Source of the DNA: Basidiobolus meristosporus CBS 931.73
Taxonomy: Eukaryota; Fungi; Basidiobolomycota
NCBI GenBank assembly: GCA_002104905.1
Contig: MCFE01000382.1
Span: 1-64,000 of the forward strand
Direction of reading: 5' to 3'
Length of the DNA: 64,000 bases
Part shown: positions 37,801 to 49,799 of the stretch, one piece after another
Position numbering within the stretch: the stretch's first letter is position 1
Layout of the letters: every line of letters begins with the position of its first letter
Translations under genes and position numbers: made by a program
The notes under the pieces: model-generated
What the model was told of the DNA's origin: nothing
What the model saw: only the letters and a program-made list of their open reading frames with translations
Database searches by the model: none

Positions 37801-38494
37801 CGACGCCGAGTTACCCATCTCGGCCAGCAACAAGCTACTCAGTGCCGAGCAAATGTCCTCGGTCATCTGGACGACTCCTCTGGGCGTACCCATTGTCCAG
37901 CCATATCGGAAGCACCAGAAGAAGGTGATCAAGACGAACCTTCAGAACCTCACCATCGTCAACCCGGATGCTCACGTGCCTGTGAACGCACAGAAGCAGC
38001 GAACCGCGTTCCCGCCCAACTTCATCCATTCGCTTGATGCCTCCCACATGCTCATGTCGGCGGTAGCGTGCAAGCAGCTTGGCTTGAGCTTCGCCTCGGT
38101 GCACGACAGTTACTGGACGCACGCATGCGACGTAGACACCATGAACCGGGTCCTCCGCGAGCAGTTCATCGAGCTGCATCAAAGGCCCATCATGGAGGAG
38201 TTGCGGAATGAGTTCATCGAGCGCTACAAGGGTTACAAGATGCCGATGCCTGTAAATGAACCCGAACCGAAGCCCAAGACGAAGTCACTCAACCTGGCCC
38301 TACCCGACGACGATGGCCACGACGAGGAGCTGGATGGGGAATGTGGCACCAAGCACCGTGAGGAGGAGACGGAGGACCCGTCGAAGAAGTCCAAAAAGGC
38401 CCATAAGTGGGTCGACCTCACCTTCCCTCCTCTACCAGCACGTGGTGACTTCGACGTATCTCAGGTCAAAGACAGCCCCTATTTCTTCCATTAG
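34829..38494 (+). CDS. RPO41: Mitochondrial DNA-directed RNA polymerase (T7 phage-type), 1221 aa
   Basis: Arg/Ser-rich targeting-like N-terminus, PPR-like helices, motifs HQDGTCNGLQHY, RKVVKQTVMTNVYG, PNFIHSLDASH. Confidence 0.97.
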   Translation: MLSFAQKTLSSPHYRLVRGVSTNRPSYGSCSLSRRSSPFSRIRPWSQSRLLNNSATKQNVASVDIVRNTLGNTESLQEMFTPLGETVSTQGSRNLLILPRPRPQDFNDNTFNVSERLVVMHACLKTGDVDRARRLLTSLYKTNPQKMKELADIHVHNSLLKGYVEQNPRPHVIAAMSWFDAIKRYELSPDSTTYAILIKGFLRINSVNAAKVIAQEMMKNGYTMEQLYGNPHLDDADLKKLVGIAEELAPVKVKKEEPKAAVVPETQQEPFPDIKSSNPLGVRMLRKSLETASASYMDLYERQLKLEQQAVEAEVARLAEIDQGRGENSALLRSSQLKRMVREWHTKLVERIQEECLRASDDSKDITSSYGALLRAVSPEKLAIITINELLRSNSSGDIADGIRSTHLLLSVGKAVELEYHSDALKKKANSHLLDRRMQVQSLYSSGKLFNMTVRRAEAKKEREEIESEWVPRWTKEMQMSLGSVLVSSLIESAKVKIKHVEDATGHVEYSNEDAFYVTHQFQRGKQIGIVKFHPKLINIFKEGPLNEGIHPRLLPMLVPPKPWLTFNSGGYLTSRSLCMRIKGSPEQLAYLKEASNKDCLAVALAGLDVLGSTKWMVNRNVFDVVLQVWNSEQGLADIPPANVSRELPPKPADYDENPQARWQWQRESREILNEKRNNHSLRCDANYKVEIAKAFLDQPIYFPHNFDFRGRAYPIPPHFNHLGSDLCRGLLLFGDAKPLGERGLRWLKIHLASLAGYDKQSFDARVEYIEQNISKVFDSADRPLDGDRWWLQAEDPWQCLAACFELTNALRSPVPEEFASSLPIHQDGTCNGLQHYAALGGDTEGARQVNLIPSGAPADIYTGVANKVIELIEKEAALGVDKAQILKGKITRKVVKQTVMTNVYGVTVIGARAQISNRLREIEDLKDADVFGLSTYLTRLVFNSLGEMFTGARNLQDWLNESARRIARSIPAALLEDAINKRKNSGSGEGDAELPISASNKLLSAEQMSSVIWTTPLGVPIVQPYRKHQKKVIKTNLQNLTIVNPDAHVPVNAQKQRTAFPPNFIHSLDASHMLMSAVACKQLGLSFASVHDSYWTHACDVDTMNRVLREQFIELHQRPIMEELRNEFIERYKGYKMPMPVNEPEPKPKTKSLNLALPDDDGHDEELDGECGTKHREEETEDPSKKSKKAHKWVDLTFPPLPARGDFDVSQVKDSPYFFH

Positions 38495-38659
38495 CCGGGG
38501 TCGCTTCCGGATGACGAGGCAGGTGACTTCTCCCATCGCTTAGCCAATCTCCTACCCCCTACGCCCATGCCAGTGGTGGCCATTTACGTTCGATCCTCCT
38601 CAACCGTACTGTCCTACACTGGCATCCATCATACCAGGGAAATCAATGTACCGCAGAGA

Positions 38660-38880
38660 CGGATTCGGATTCGGAGCCGGAGCCGGAGCCGACCATCCCG
38701 CACAACCTCACTCAGCCATCCCATCCGAAAAGCACCCCTCTTCCCTCTATCATTGAACCCACATCTCATCCTCTCATCCCGCTATAGACCATCCTTCCGT
38801 CCCACTCTCTACTCACATCCACATCCACATCCACATCCACACCTACACCTACACCCACACCCACACCCACACCCGCATTC
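38660..38880. repeat. Hexamer microsatellites (CGGATT/CGGAGC)n and (CACATC/CACCTA/CACACC)n
   Basis: Directly visible tandem hexamers at ~38660-38690 and ~38814-38875. Confidence 0.85.
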
Positions 38881-39289
38881 GTACATCCACACATTAAGTA
38901 CCTTTCTTTATAACCAAATCCCCGCACCTGTTGTATTCCATTCCCGGTCGGTTCGCCTCGGTGTCAGCATCTACGCCTGTGAGAACCACCACCCCGTCAC
39001 CACCACCAATAAAATCACATTCCATCGTACCAAGGCTTGAATCCCGGTCTCTTACTACTCTCATCGGCGATTCCACCCCCCCACCCTCTCCGCTTCTGCC
39101 TCCACTTCCACCTCCACTCTCACTTGCACTTTTGTCGTGTCCCATGCGAACCTTAAAGTCCGTAGCCTAGGCACGATCCAACCTCATCAATATTCCCACC
39201 CGATTCCATGTTAACTAGCAGGCACACATGAGGCTCTAAGAGTCCGGGAGATATCGGAAGTGGTTGGGAAGGCAAGTGGATCATGCGGT

Positions 39290-39560
39290 ATTCAGGGGAT
39301 GATTCGTTGAATGTTAAAGTGGTACTTTATACTTTGACATGGTCTTGGCAACACAAACCTGTGGAATGCACCTTGGAAGATCCCAAGATCACGTGTGCAA
39401 AGTTTGGGGCTGCTTGGACAATCTTGGGATCTCCAATGCCCTGTGCACCTTCCATCACAACCCTGAGATACTGCCTGTTCCGGGTACCTGGTGTTTTGGT
39501 GGGAATATTCCAAGCAACTCCCCACCAGGAATCTGCCTCACCAGAGTGTAACTCAACTGG
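39290..39560 (-). mobile_element. Diverged LTR fragment of the Copia family at 20.5-29.7 kb
   Basis: Shared blocks GGTCTTGGCA, GGAAG.TCCCAAGATCA.GTGTG.AA.GTTTGGGGCTG.TTGGACAA, GGGTACCTGGT.TTTTGGT. Confidence 0.7.
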
Positions 39561-39599
39561 CTGAACATCCAACTATCAAGAAAATTGCTGTTTTCTTGT

Positions 39600-41640
39600 A
39601 GGTAAATCTTCTTGGCTAGGATGGGATTCTGCCAGTTTGGAGCTTAAGGAATTAATTGGCAAGAATTGCAGCTTTCTTCTCATGCTTCCCTGTCTCTGGC
39701 CTGGGTAGACTTTTCTGACTTTACCTTTCCTTTATTGCTGCCAGCTCTTTCACTGCTACTTTGTCTGAGTGCTTCTTGTATTCAGGTACATTTTCTTCTT
39801 GATAAAAGCCACACTGGTGTATCCATTTCAGTCTTCTTGTTCCTTACTGGCACTCTTCTAACAACCCAACAATTCTTTGCTGCATGTTTTGAGCTTTTGG
39901 CCCCAGTTGTGACATGCTCCTGGGGGAGCCACTTGATTTTATCATTGTCAGGTCCTTCACTGCTACTTTGACTTGGTGCTTCTTGAGTGGAACCACACTT
40001 TTTCTTGATAAATGTTGCACCGGTGCATATGTGTCTACTGGCTTGTCCCTAACTGGTACTCAGCTACTTGACATTTCTTTGACACTTGTTTAGAGCGTTT
40101 GGCCCTGCTTGAAACTGGCTCTTAAGGAGCCCATGGCATGCTGGCCTTAAGGTGATGGTGTGCTAGACTTCTAATGGCCTCTTGAGTATTGCCCACTGTT
40201 CATTATTGCACCTTACAACTTCATGGATCTTCAGTGTTCTTTGATTCTTAGACTTGGGCATACACCACAGTCTCTCCCTCCAATGTTGTGATAGGTTCTT
40301 CTGTAGCTTTATCTTTTGGCACTGCTGTTGTGCATCAAAGTCTGTGTGGTGTTCCTATGCTGTTACATTGGGAAATGGCTCTATTCCTAGCTGTGATATT
40401 GAGTTACTTGAGTTCCTTCTGCTCTCCCACTCACCAAGTACAGTCAGTAATAACCCACACATACCAATTCAGGAGAGCTTGTCATGCCTTTTGGCTCACC
40501 TCTGCTTTATGAATATGGCCTGCAGAGAGATAGATCTGCAGTAGAAGGCTGGCTGCTGGATTGTGAGCCTATCTTCCCTCACAACAGTACCATGCATGAG
40601 CCCTGTTAAATCCCAATGTGCAATAAGACAATATCCATGGAAAAGAGTGCCCTGAAAACTCTATGGAGCCAAGTGAGCACATTAATGTACTTACTGGTGA
40701 ATGCTGTGATGTTGCTGCTAGAGAAGTGGCATACTTTCACCTATATCAGTATTGTGGCTCAGAGGATTTATGGCTGCCCCTTGCCAAAATCACTCCAGGA
40801 TGCAACTTACCATGTACTTGGTACAAATGGGATACTATCCTGCAGTTGGTAACATATGACTCAGAGACCTTTCTGATACATACATGTGCTAATAGTTGCA
40901 TGTCATTCATATCAGAAAATACCACTGTTGTAAGGTGTACAACTTGTCAGGAATCCACCATCACAGGAGAAAAACATTGTTTGCACTCCAAATATAATAT
41001 ATTGATACCCTGTCTAAAGTAGCTCATGCAGTCCAACAAATATTCTGAAGCTATACAGTACCCCTCTCAGTATTAATCAAGTGCAACCATTCTGATGAAC
41101 ATGGTGGCAAACATTACAAACAACTAAGAAGCAAGGGCTACTTTGAAGGTTTGTATGACCATGCCTTTGCCTTAGCACTTAATGGATTCTCATTAAACAA
41201 GTACCCTGCCAGCAAATCCTACTGGCCACCGATTTCATCAACCGGAATCTGTCACCAATCTGATGGTATCAGAGCAAAAATGTGATGGTAGTCTCACTAA
41301 TATCCAGGCCTACGTTACAGTACAACCTGAGTAGCTGCCTGAACCCATTGCTGGAAGAATTTTGTATGCTATGCAGCAGGATACTAGCAAATGACTACTG
41401 TGTCAAAGATCATATTATCATCTGCATTGGAGATACCCCAGCCATCAGCAAGATAGCCGGCTCCTCTGGCCACAAAGGGTGGTATTGCTGTCAAATGTAT
41501 GAGATCCACCCAACAAAAAATAATCTGGTCCTGTAGGTGGATACAATCCAGATTGGCCATCAGGATTTGGTTTGGAGACCATCACAATACCAACAGCTTG
41601 GAATTAGTGACCCTCTTGACAACCTTATGATGGGATCACA
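39600..41640. mobile_element. Degenerate CACTA-like element: accessory gene remnant (minus) divergent from transposase remnant (plus, ~40600-41520)
   Basis: CIGDTPAISKIAGSSGHKGWYCCQMYEI; homology to 47.9-53.5 kb copies. Confidence 0.75.
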
Positions 41641-41644
41641 ACGG

Positions 41645-42715
41645 TGTAGTGGGGTGACAGTGACACCCACTGACAGATGTGCTCATTCCCTTATTTTCTA
41701 CTTCCCTATATCCCTACTACACTCATTTTAGTTTTATCCCATTTGTCTTACCCAATCAGTACTATCCCATAAGCCGGTTGACTATCACACCTGCTTACCT
41801 TATTGCATAAGTTACCCCTCACTTTATGTAAGATTACTAGCTACAAGTGCTTCTATATTTGGCAAGTACCCACGCCAGTACCCGTGACACATGATCAATC
41901 TGTGTCACCATACCTACCATTTCCATACCATATATGGTATCCCCATGTTACACAGGTTTCAGAATACTGATTCCTGATTGGTTGGATGTGCTGTGCCTCT
42001 TAGAACCTTCCGGCACCTACTTAGAACATTCTTAGGTCATTCTGATGTCATTAAGATTTCTATTGATATCTGGAACCTTCTGGAACACCATGATTAGTAA
42101 TCACTTAGCCAGTAAGAAAAGTATATAAGGGAGGCTATCCCTCAACAATAAATCATCATCCCTTTTATCAGTATACCGACTTGTTGATTAGTGTGATCAC
42201 TGCTACCTGCTGCTACCTGAACTTCCAACCCTAGACCACAGGACACTCCCAGGAAACCGTGCTGACAGCCAACTGACCTTGGAGGCACTACTTGTGAGGA
42301 ATACTCAGAGTAGGTATCTTTTATTATATTTGATTCTTTCCCAAGTTTGTCCTTGTACAGGCAAAGATACTTTTCAGTCTTTGTAACTATTGACCACAGC
42401 TGCATTCTTATCAAGTCCCTGCTGGTGGAGTTTACAGTTGTTTTGACTTTGGAAGCTTTAGTACATTGTCATCTCAAAGGACACTGAACCCAGCACATAC
42501 TTTTGTTAAGATGCCAACTAAGTTGGGGATTGTAGCTCAATAGTTTTCCCTTGACAAGCTTGTGGCTTTATTCCCCTTCACATTAGATTAGAAACAGAAC
42601 CCAAGTATTCCTAGCAAGCTTTTGCCAGAGGTTATTGCACCCAGTGAACACCCCACACACAAAACACTTGAGAAGTGTTGGACGTATCTCTCCCTTGGAC
42701 CTATACACCACCACA
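41645..42715 (+). mobile_element. Solo LTR (~1.07 kb), copy 1
   Basis: TGTAGTGGGG..CCACCACA, near-identical to 55204-56275; flanks ACGG/ACAG (imperfect 4-bp TSD). Confidence 0.85.
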
Positions 42716-42944
42716 ACAGCACTTTGCTAATTTTACCGCCAAATAAAGTTATAAACTTGATGGGGTTTGATTAGTGCTGTCAAAATAGTTGCATGGCATT
42801 ATTGCAGTCTTGATGCACTCCACAACTATTTAAAGTAGATCTAACTGGCCAGGACATCCAATTGACTTATTTGGCAGAAAACTTGACAGTATATCAACAG
42901 CCTCACAGCAAGACTGTGATGGCATTATTACAGCGGTATAGTGG

Positions 42945-45240
42945 TGTAGTGGGGTCACAGTGACACCCCCTGACAGATGTGCTCATTCCTATATTTTCTA
43001 CTTCCCTATTTTTCTGCTACCCTTATACTAGTTTTATCCCATATTACTTACTTGATCAGTACTATCCCATAAGCCTGCTAACTATCAAACCTGCTTACCT
43101 TATTGCATTAGGTATCCCTCACTTTATGTAAAATTACTTGATATAAGTGCTTCTATGGTTGGCAGGTACCCATGCCAGTGCCTGTAACACATGATCAAAC
43201 CATGTCACCATCCCTACAGGACTTGTGACACATAATCAAGTGGTGTCACCATCCTCACCCCCTATGAAAAGTTATTGTAATGATCCCATCAAAAGGCTGT
43301 CACAAAGTTAAAGTCCCATGACTAAGAGGTACTGATCCTGTCAGGACACCATAAAGGGACCATTGAAAAATAATTGCACCCCAGATTTCACAAAAAACTT
43401 GGTCAAAAATTTTCATCACAACAATGTATAAATGGCTTTTGATTGGTTCCCTGCCAATTCGATCACTTTCTGATCCTGGACAATCTATCACCTCCTACAT
43501 TTGTGTGCATTGATTGGCTATTGCCTCTTTTTCACCCTTCTTACTTCCTGACTCTACCATTTCTCTCACATTTCATGCATACAAATTGATTTATTTCTGT
43601 TAAAACTTCAGTTGTACCTTGATTACCAACTGAATTGACCTATACCAGTCCCTATACCCTACACTCACATTAAGCTCAACCCCACACTCAAAGAGTAACT
43701 CCATTAAAATCCACCATTCAATAAGTATTTCTGCTGTAATACTCTGGTTCCACAACTCTGGTGGGAACCCAACAGCTTTATACCACCAGTCATTCACTGG
43801 CTCCCACACATCCTGGTCTTCAGCTGGAACAGCAAGGTCTAGCACCTCATCTGCCAGTCCTTGCAATATTCCGGTATGTTTTCTTGAGCACTGCACTTGA
43901 AGAAGTGCTGCAACCACTTGGTGTGCCTATTAATGTTCCAAAATTTAATTAAAGACATTGTGATAGTCTTTTGAGTTCTTAATGTTGTAGCCTTGTCTGT
44001 CAGTGGAATCTCCACTCTGTCAACAATGGAGGATGTGGAGGTTGTGGTAGACAAATTACATTTTTCTGCAAACTCATCTTCCTTGCTGGAGTGTAGCCCA
44101 ACTGGCTGCACTTCCAACTCATATGAAAACAGTTGTTTTCTTGTTAGTGATTCTTCTTGGCTATGATTGGATCCAGTCTGTTCCAGCCTTGTGGCATTAA
44201 TTGGCAAGAACTGCATTTTTTTGCATGCCTCTACATTTCAGGCTTGGGTAGACATTTTTCCGTTTACCTTTTCCTTTATCACTGCCAGGTCTTTCACTGC
44301 TACTTTATCTGAGTGCTTCTTGTAATGAACTACATTTTCTCCTTGATAAGTTCTGCTCTGACGCATCTGTTTTGGCCTGCTTGTCCCTTGCTGGCACTCT
44401 TCTGGCAACCTGACATTTCTTTTCTGCTTGTTTTGAGCTCCCAACTGTAGTTGTGACAGGCCCCTGCAAAAGCTGCTGGCTTTATCACTGCCAGGTCCTT
44501 CACTGCTACTTTAACTGAGTGCTTCTTGAGTGGTGCCACACTTTTTCCTTGATAAATGTTGTGCTGGTGCATCTGTGTCTGCCTGCTTGTCCCTGATTGG
44601 CACTCTTCCAGCTACCTGACATCTCTTTGATGCTTGTCTAGAGCTTTTGACTCTGCTTGTAATGGGCTCTTGAGGAAGCCACTAGCTTTTAGCTATGGTG
44701 CCCTTGTTCTTCTGCCTTTGATAGTTTCTGCTATTCTTAAGATACTATCTTAACATACCAATGCTGGCCCAAAATCTGTTTGCCTGTTTGAATCCAGGAT
44801 AATGCTCATGGATCAAGTCAAGTGCATTCATCTTGGTATTAAGTTCCTGATGGTCCCATGGTATGCTGGCCTTAAGGTGATGGTGTGCTAGACTTCTGAT
44901 GGCTTCCTTGTCTTTGTAACTATTGACCACAGTTGCATTCTTATCAAGTCCCTGCTGGTGGAGTTTACATTTGTTTTGACTTTGGAAGCTTTAGTACATT
45001 GTCATCTCAAAGGATGCTGTACCAAGCACATACTTCTATTAAGATGCCAACTATGTTGGGGATTGTAGCTCAATAGTTTTCCCTTGACAAGCTTGTGGCT
45101 ATATTCCCCATCACACTAGATTAGAGACAGAGCCCAAGTATTCCTGGCAACCTTTTGACAGAGGTTATTGCACCCAGTGAGCACCCCACACACAAAACAC
45201 TTGAGAAGTGTTGGATGTATCTCTCCCTTTGACTTATACA
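42945..45240 (+). mobile_element. Third, diverged LTR of the same family broken into 42945-~43250 and 44908-45240 by other TE fragments
   Basis: 5' and 3' parts match the solo LTR; intervening DNA includes a minus-strand CACTA accessory gene remnant (LAHHHLKASIPWDHQEL). Confidence 0.6.
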
Positions 45241-46904
45241 TGGGGGCTATTCCATAATGCACATATATTATTATTATCCAAACACAAATACCAAGAGCAT
45301 CATCTTCTGATAGAGAAAATGTACAGAAGTCAGTATGCAACTGCAGCAAAGCTTACAACATATACGCCATTGGCCTGAGTACAAAGTCAATCAAAATCTG
45401 GAGATACCAAATATAGGAGGAATCTGTTTGTGAAAAAGCTTTCTACTTGGAGCAATGCATTTGCTCTCAATACTATTTCTATTCTACACTATGAAAATAA
45501 TTTGGTACTGCAGGTGGATCCAATCTGGATCAGCCATCAGGATCCTGTTCAAAGACCATCATAATACAACAGCTTTGAATCAGTAACCATCTTGATGATC
45601 TTAGGACAGGATAACAATAGCCTTGTATTAATTTTACTGCCAAATAAAATTACAAAACTTGACAGGGCTTGGTTGGTGCTGTGACAATCATTGCATGGCA
45701 TTGTTGCGGTCTTAATGCACTCTACAACTATTTTAAATGGATCTAACTAGCCAGTATAAAAAATTACCTTATATGGCAAAAAACATGACTGTATTTTGAC
45801 GGCCTCACAGCAAGTCTCTGATGGAGTTATCACAACAGTATGGTGGCCAACAGCTAGCTCTATATATTGCTACCATACCAATTTACCAAATGATATTTCC
45901 TTTTTCTACCCCCCCTTGTGCAATTCATATATTAGACTTGTTCCTTTAAAAAAAGTGCCACATTGGGCCATGAGTGCCAAATGATGTCATAATGTGCCAG
46001 AGAGGCCAAGTGAGCCTATTCTTGGCCACAGAGTGTGAAACATAGCTCTACATTTTCATGCAATGCAGCCCCTGTGTCTCACCTATTGTGTTGGAGAAAA
46101 TCCATTTTTTGACCTTTTTTTTGGGATCAATGTTGTGCAGGATGTGTAAGGGCACAGAAGGACTGAAGACATGCATCTGGTACTCAATACCCATGGCACT
46201 CTGAATCTAGCTCCTGTAGCCAGTATCATGTCACAAAAATGAATGGCACTATATTGGTCCACTGGCACTATCAGGCACTATGTTTAAATATAAGCCCTAA
46301 AGAAAGACCTATACAAAGCACTTATAGTGCCAGAGAGTACCAGTGGACCAAGAAAGTGCCATGCACTTCTGTGTTATATAGAACACACAGTAGCCAACAC
46401 ATGTTACAAATTACAGCTCACTTGAAGCAGTACTTAAGGAGTTATGACCAAAAGAGTCCAATTACTATGTATACTAGGCCTCTATTGCTAGGATTACTAT
46501 GGTGACTTCTATTGCATGTAACTTTTGAACCAGCCAAGCAAATCATGTGAAATCTCTACAGATGCTGCCAGTATGTCCAATCTGCGCCACTGCAAAAGTT
46601 TAGCTTTGTATCATGTGTATTGCTTGTGCAATTGTCCAAAATATTTGATCCTTAAGAGCTTTCATATAAATGACTTCCCTAGCTGGAAAATCAAAGAGAG
46701 CCTCTCTTTCCAGAATCTCCACACTACAGTTACAAGTTTAAAGGTTATAAGACTTCCCCTGTATCACCTGCACTGCTGAGTATTCTGACTTTGATTGGTA
46801 CTACATCAGTAGAGAGACTGCAAAGCCAACAAGAATCCAATCTAAGTTCTACAAGAAACTACCACTTTTCTGTCAGAAAAGTCTCCTCTGAGAAGCTCCT
46901 TAAC

Positions 46905-47120
46905 TCTAAAGGTACCCCTTTAGACACCCCTTAAGTCTAAAGACCCCTTTAGAGACCCCTTCAGAAAACCCCTTTACTTTAAAGAAGTCCCTTTACGCAC
47001 CCCTTTAGTGTAGAGTCCACTTTAGAGACCACAACAAGAAGCCCCTTTACTCTAAAGACACCCCTTTTGGTCTAAAAACCCCTTAGAGACATCTACAACA
47101 CACCCCTTTAGGCTGAAGGG
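46905..47120. repeat. Imperfect array of CCCCTT(T/A)AG-like motifs
   Basis: About a dozen CCCCTT cores at irregular short spacing; shorter inverted versions at ~53540-53640 and ~60160-60270. Confidence 0.7.
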
Positions 47121-47919
47121 GAGTTCAGAGTTTCCATATTGGGAAATATCTACTCAGAAAGGAAAGTGACTCCCAAATAAGGAAAAGATACTATAAAAGT
47201 ACATAAGTTCAATACTTGGTAGAAGGTCAGAACACTGCTGTAGACATGAGAAATACTGCCTAGGGTATATTTTGAGCCTAAGATTGAGGATATTAGTGAA
47301 AGCTATATCTTCTGTTGGTATATTATACTCTTGATAAACTATTTCAGTATTAGCATACCTGAAGTTGTTGTATATTGTGGATTAGCCTCTACATTGTGGA
47401 ACAAGCCCCAAACTATCCATAATGCAACACAACAGTTTGTAGCCAAACCCCACAGCTGATGGCAGCAGAAGAATGGTTGGACAATAGCTTGCTTTGACAT
47501 TCAGTACAACAAGCAGGGCATTATCTAAACTGGCCATGTTGATGGTGAGCCCACTGAAGGTTGTTTTCCATGAAAAAGCTCAAACTTAGAATTCATAGGA
47601 TTTTTCAGCTGGTATATAGCTGGTATTCCAATGGTATTTTGCTGGTATTCAGCTAGTGTTTTTGGTACAAAACATCAAATGCAATTTTGATGCAAGAAAA
47701 TGGCAGCTAATTACCAAATTTAGCATGGATGTTAGTTGGCCTAGTCTCCACCTGGGCAAACTGTTTGCTTGCCTGCTCATCAGCTAACAGTGGAGATATT
47801 GAGATAATTTTGAGAAACTGGGAATTTCACTGATATTAAGAGGGTACTTTGCTGGCCTTTTCTTAATTTTTCTCATAGGGAAAAATGCCAACTCCTCAGT
47901 CTCTCAGTCAAGGAGGCAG

Positions 47920-49080
47920 TTGAGAACCTCTGCAGAGCCACAAGCTGACCTCTATGCTCAGGCAGATAAGAATGTAGCAAACACAGTACCCTCAGTTGAA
48001 GACCAGCAAGTGGCTGTCATAACATCACCACCACCCACATTAGTAAATATGTTTTCAGCTCATACCAAAGTACAAATGGAGCAATTAGGTGCAGTGGCTG
48101 ATAGGATAGGTGCAATGGCCCAGAGAAATCAGGAAATAGTCCAGAAACAGGATGAGCAGATAATACATGTAAAGAATTCTAAATCCCAGGTAGAGAAAGT
48201 AGTATCTTTGCAGCAAAGAAGGAACTCAAGTAGCTCAATGTCACATCCAAGAATTAAGCCTTTTCCCAATGTAACAGTAAAGGAACACAATATAGTCTTT
48301 GATGTAGAAGAACAGTGCCCAAAGATAAAGCCTAGAAAATAACCTATCACAGCATGGGAGGGAGACAATGTGGTGTTTATACCAAAGCCTAAAATCAAAA
48401 GACATTGAAGATCTGTGAAGCTATTGAGTGCAAAATTATGAAGAGTGGGCCAATATTCAAGAGACTGTCAGAAGTCTAGCACACCATCACCTTAAGGCCA
48501 GCATACCATGGGACCATCAGGAACTTAATGCCAAGATGAATGCACTTGACTTGCTCCATGAGCATTATCCTGGATTCAAACAGGCAAACAGATTTTGGGC
48601 CAGCATTGGTATGTTAAGAATATATCTTAAGAATAGCAGGAACTATCAAAGGCAGAAGAACAAGGGTGCCATGGCTAAAAGCCAGCAGATTCCTCAAGAG
48701 CCCATTACAAGCAGGGCTAAATGCTCCAGACAGCATCAAAGAGATATCAGGTAGCTGGAAGAGTGCCAATTAGGGACAAGCAGGCAGACATGGATACACC
48801 AGCACAACATTTATCAAGGAAAAAGCATAGTACAACTCAAGAAGTACTCAGTCAAAGTAGCAGTGAAGGACTTGGCAGTGATAAAAACCAGCAGTTTGCA
48901 CAGCAGCCTGACACAACTAAGGCTGAGAGCTCAAAACAAGCAGAAAAGCAACAACAGGTTGCTGGAAGAGTGGTAGCAAGGGATAAGCAGGCAAAAAAAA
49001 AATGTGACAGAGCAGAATTTATCAAGGTGAGAATATAGTTCATTATATAAAGCACTCAGTCAAAATAACAGTGAAAGACC
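47920..49080 (+). pseudogene. CACTA-associated accessory gene remnant (coiled-coil + LAHHHLKASIPWDHQEL..RFWASIGMLR domain)
   Basis: Stop-interrupted ORFs 47920-48342, 48428-48754, 48721-49038; homologues at 39.7-40.5, 43.9-44.9 and 52.8-53.5 kb. Confidence 0.65.
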
Positions 49081-49799
49081 TGGCAGTGATAAAGGAAAAG
49101 GCAAAGGGAAAAATGTCTACCTAAGCCTGAGACAGAGTATTTGTAAGAATGGTAAGCAAGACTCTGATAATTCCCTATGAACTATAATTTGGTCCCACAG
49201 GTGGATCCAATCTGGATCAGCCATCAAGATCCCATTTAGAGACCATCATAATAACAGCAGCTTGGAATTAGTGACCCTCCTAGCAATCTTAGGATGGGAT
49301 CATAACTGTGTTTCACTAATTTTACAAACAAATAAAGGGATAAAACTTGACAAAATTTTATTGGTGCTGTGACAATCTTTGAGTAGTATTGTTGCAGTCT
49401 TTCAGCACTCTATTACTATTTTACATGGATTCAGTTGGCCAGGATATCCAATTGCCTTATATGGCAAGAAACCTGACAATATTTTGATGGCCTCACAGCA
49501 AGACTCTGATGGATTTTATTGGCAGTATGATGGCCTACTTCTGATTCTGTATAATGCTACCATACCAACTTACCAAATGGTATTCCCTTTTTCTACCTTC
49601 CCATGTGCAATTCATATATTCCACTGTAGAATCACCCCTCTTCATTTGCTTATCCACTACTACCATGGGTATTCCACATATAGTTTGAATCAAAAAAAAC
49701 TATGGCCTCCTCCGTACTAACCTCTACAAACTTGTACACCTGCTGCAATTGACATACTTCTATCACCTCAACTTTACAGCTTTTTGGTGTGACACTTGC

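Noticed and set aside
34829-38494. Phage or linear-plasmid RNA polymerase
   Set aside because: Targeting-like N-terminus, PPR-like region and host-gene context indicate the nuclear-encoded mitochondrial enzyme.
38567-39040. His-Pro-rich ORF as a nickel-binding protein
   Set aside because: The HP and RS runs arise from hexamer microsatellites; neighbouring frames contain stops and there is no gene-like context.
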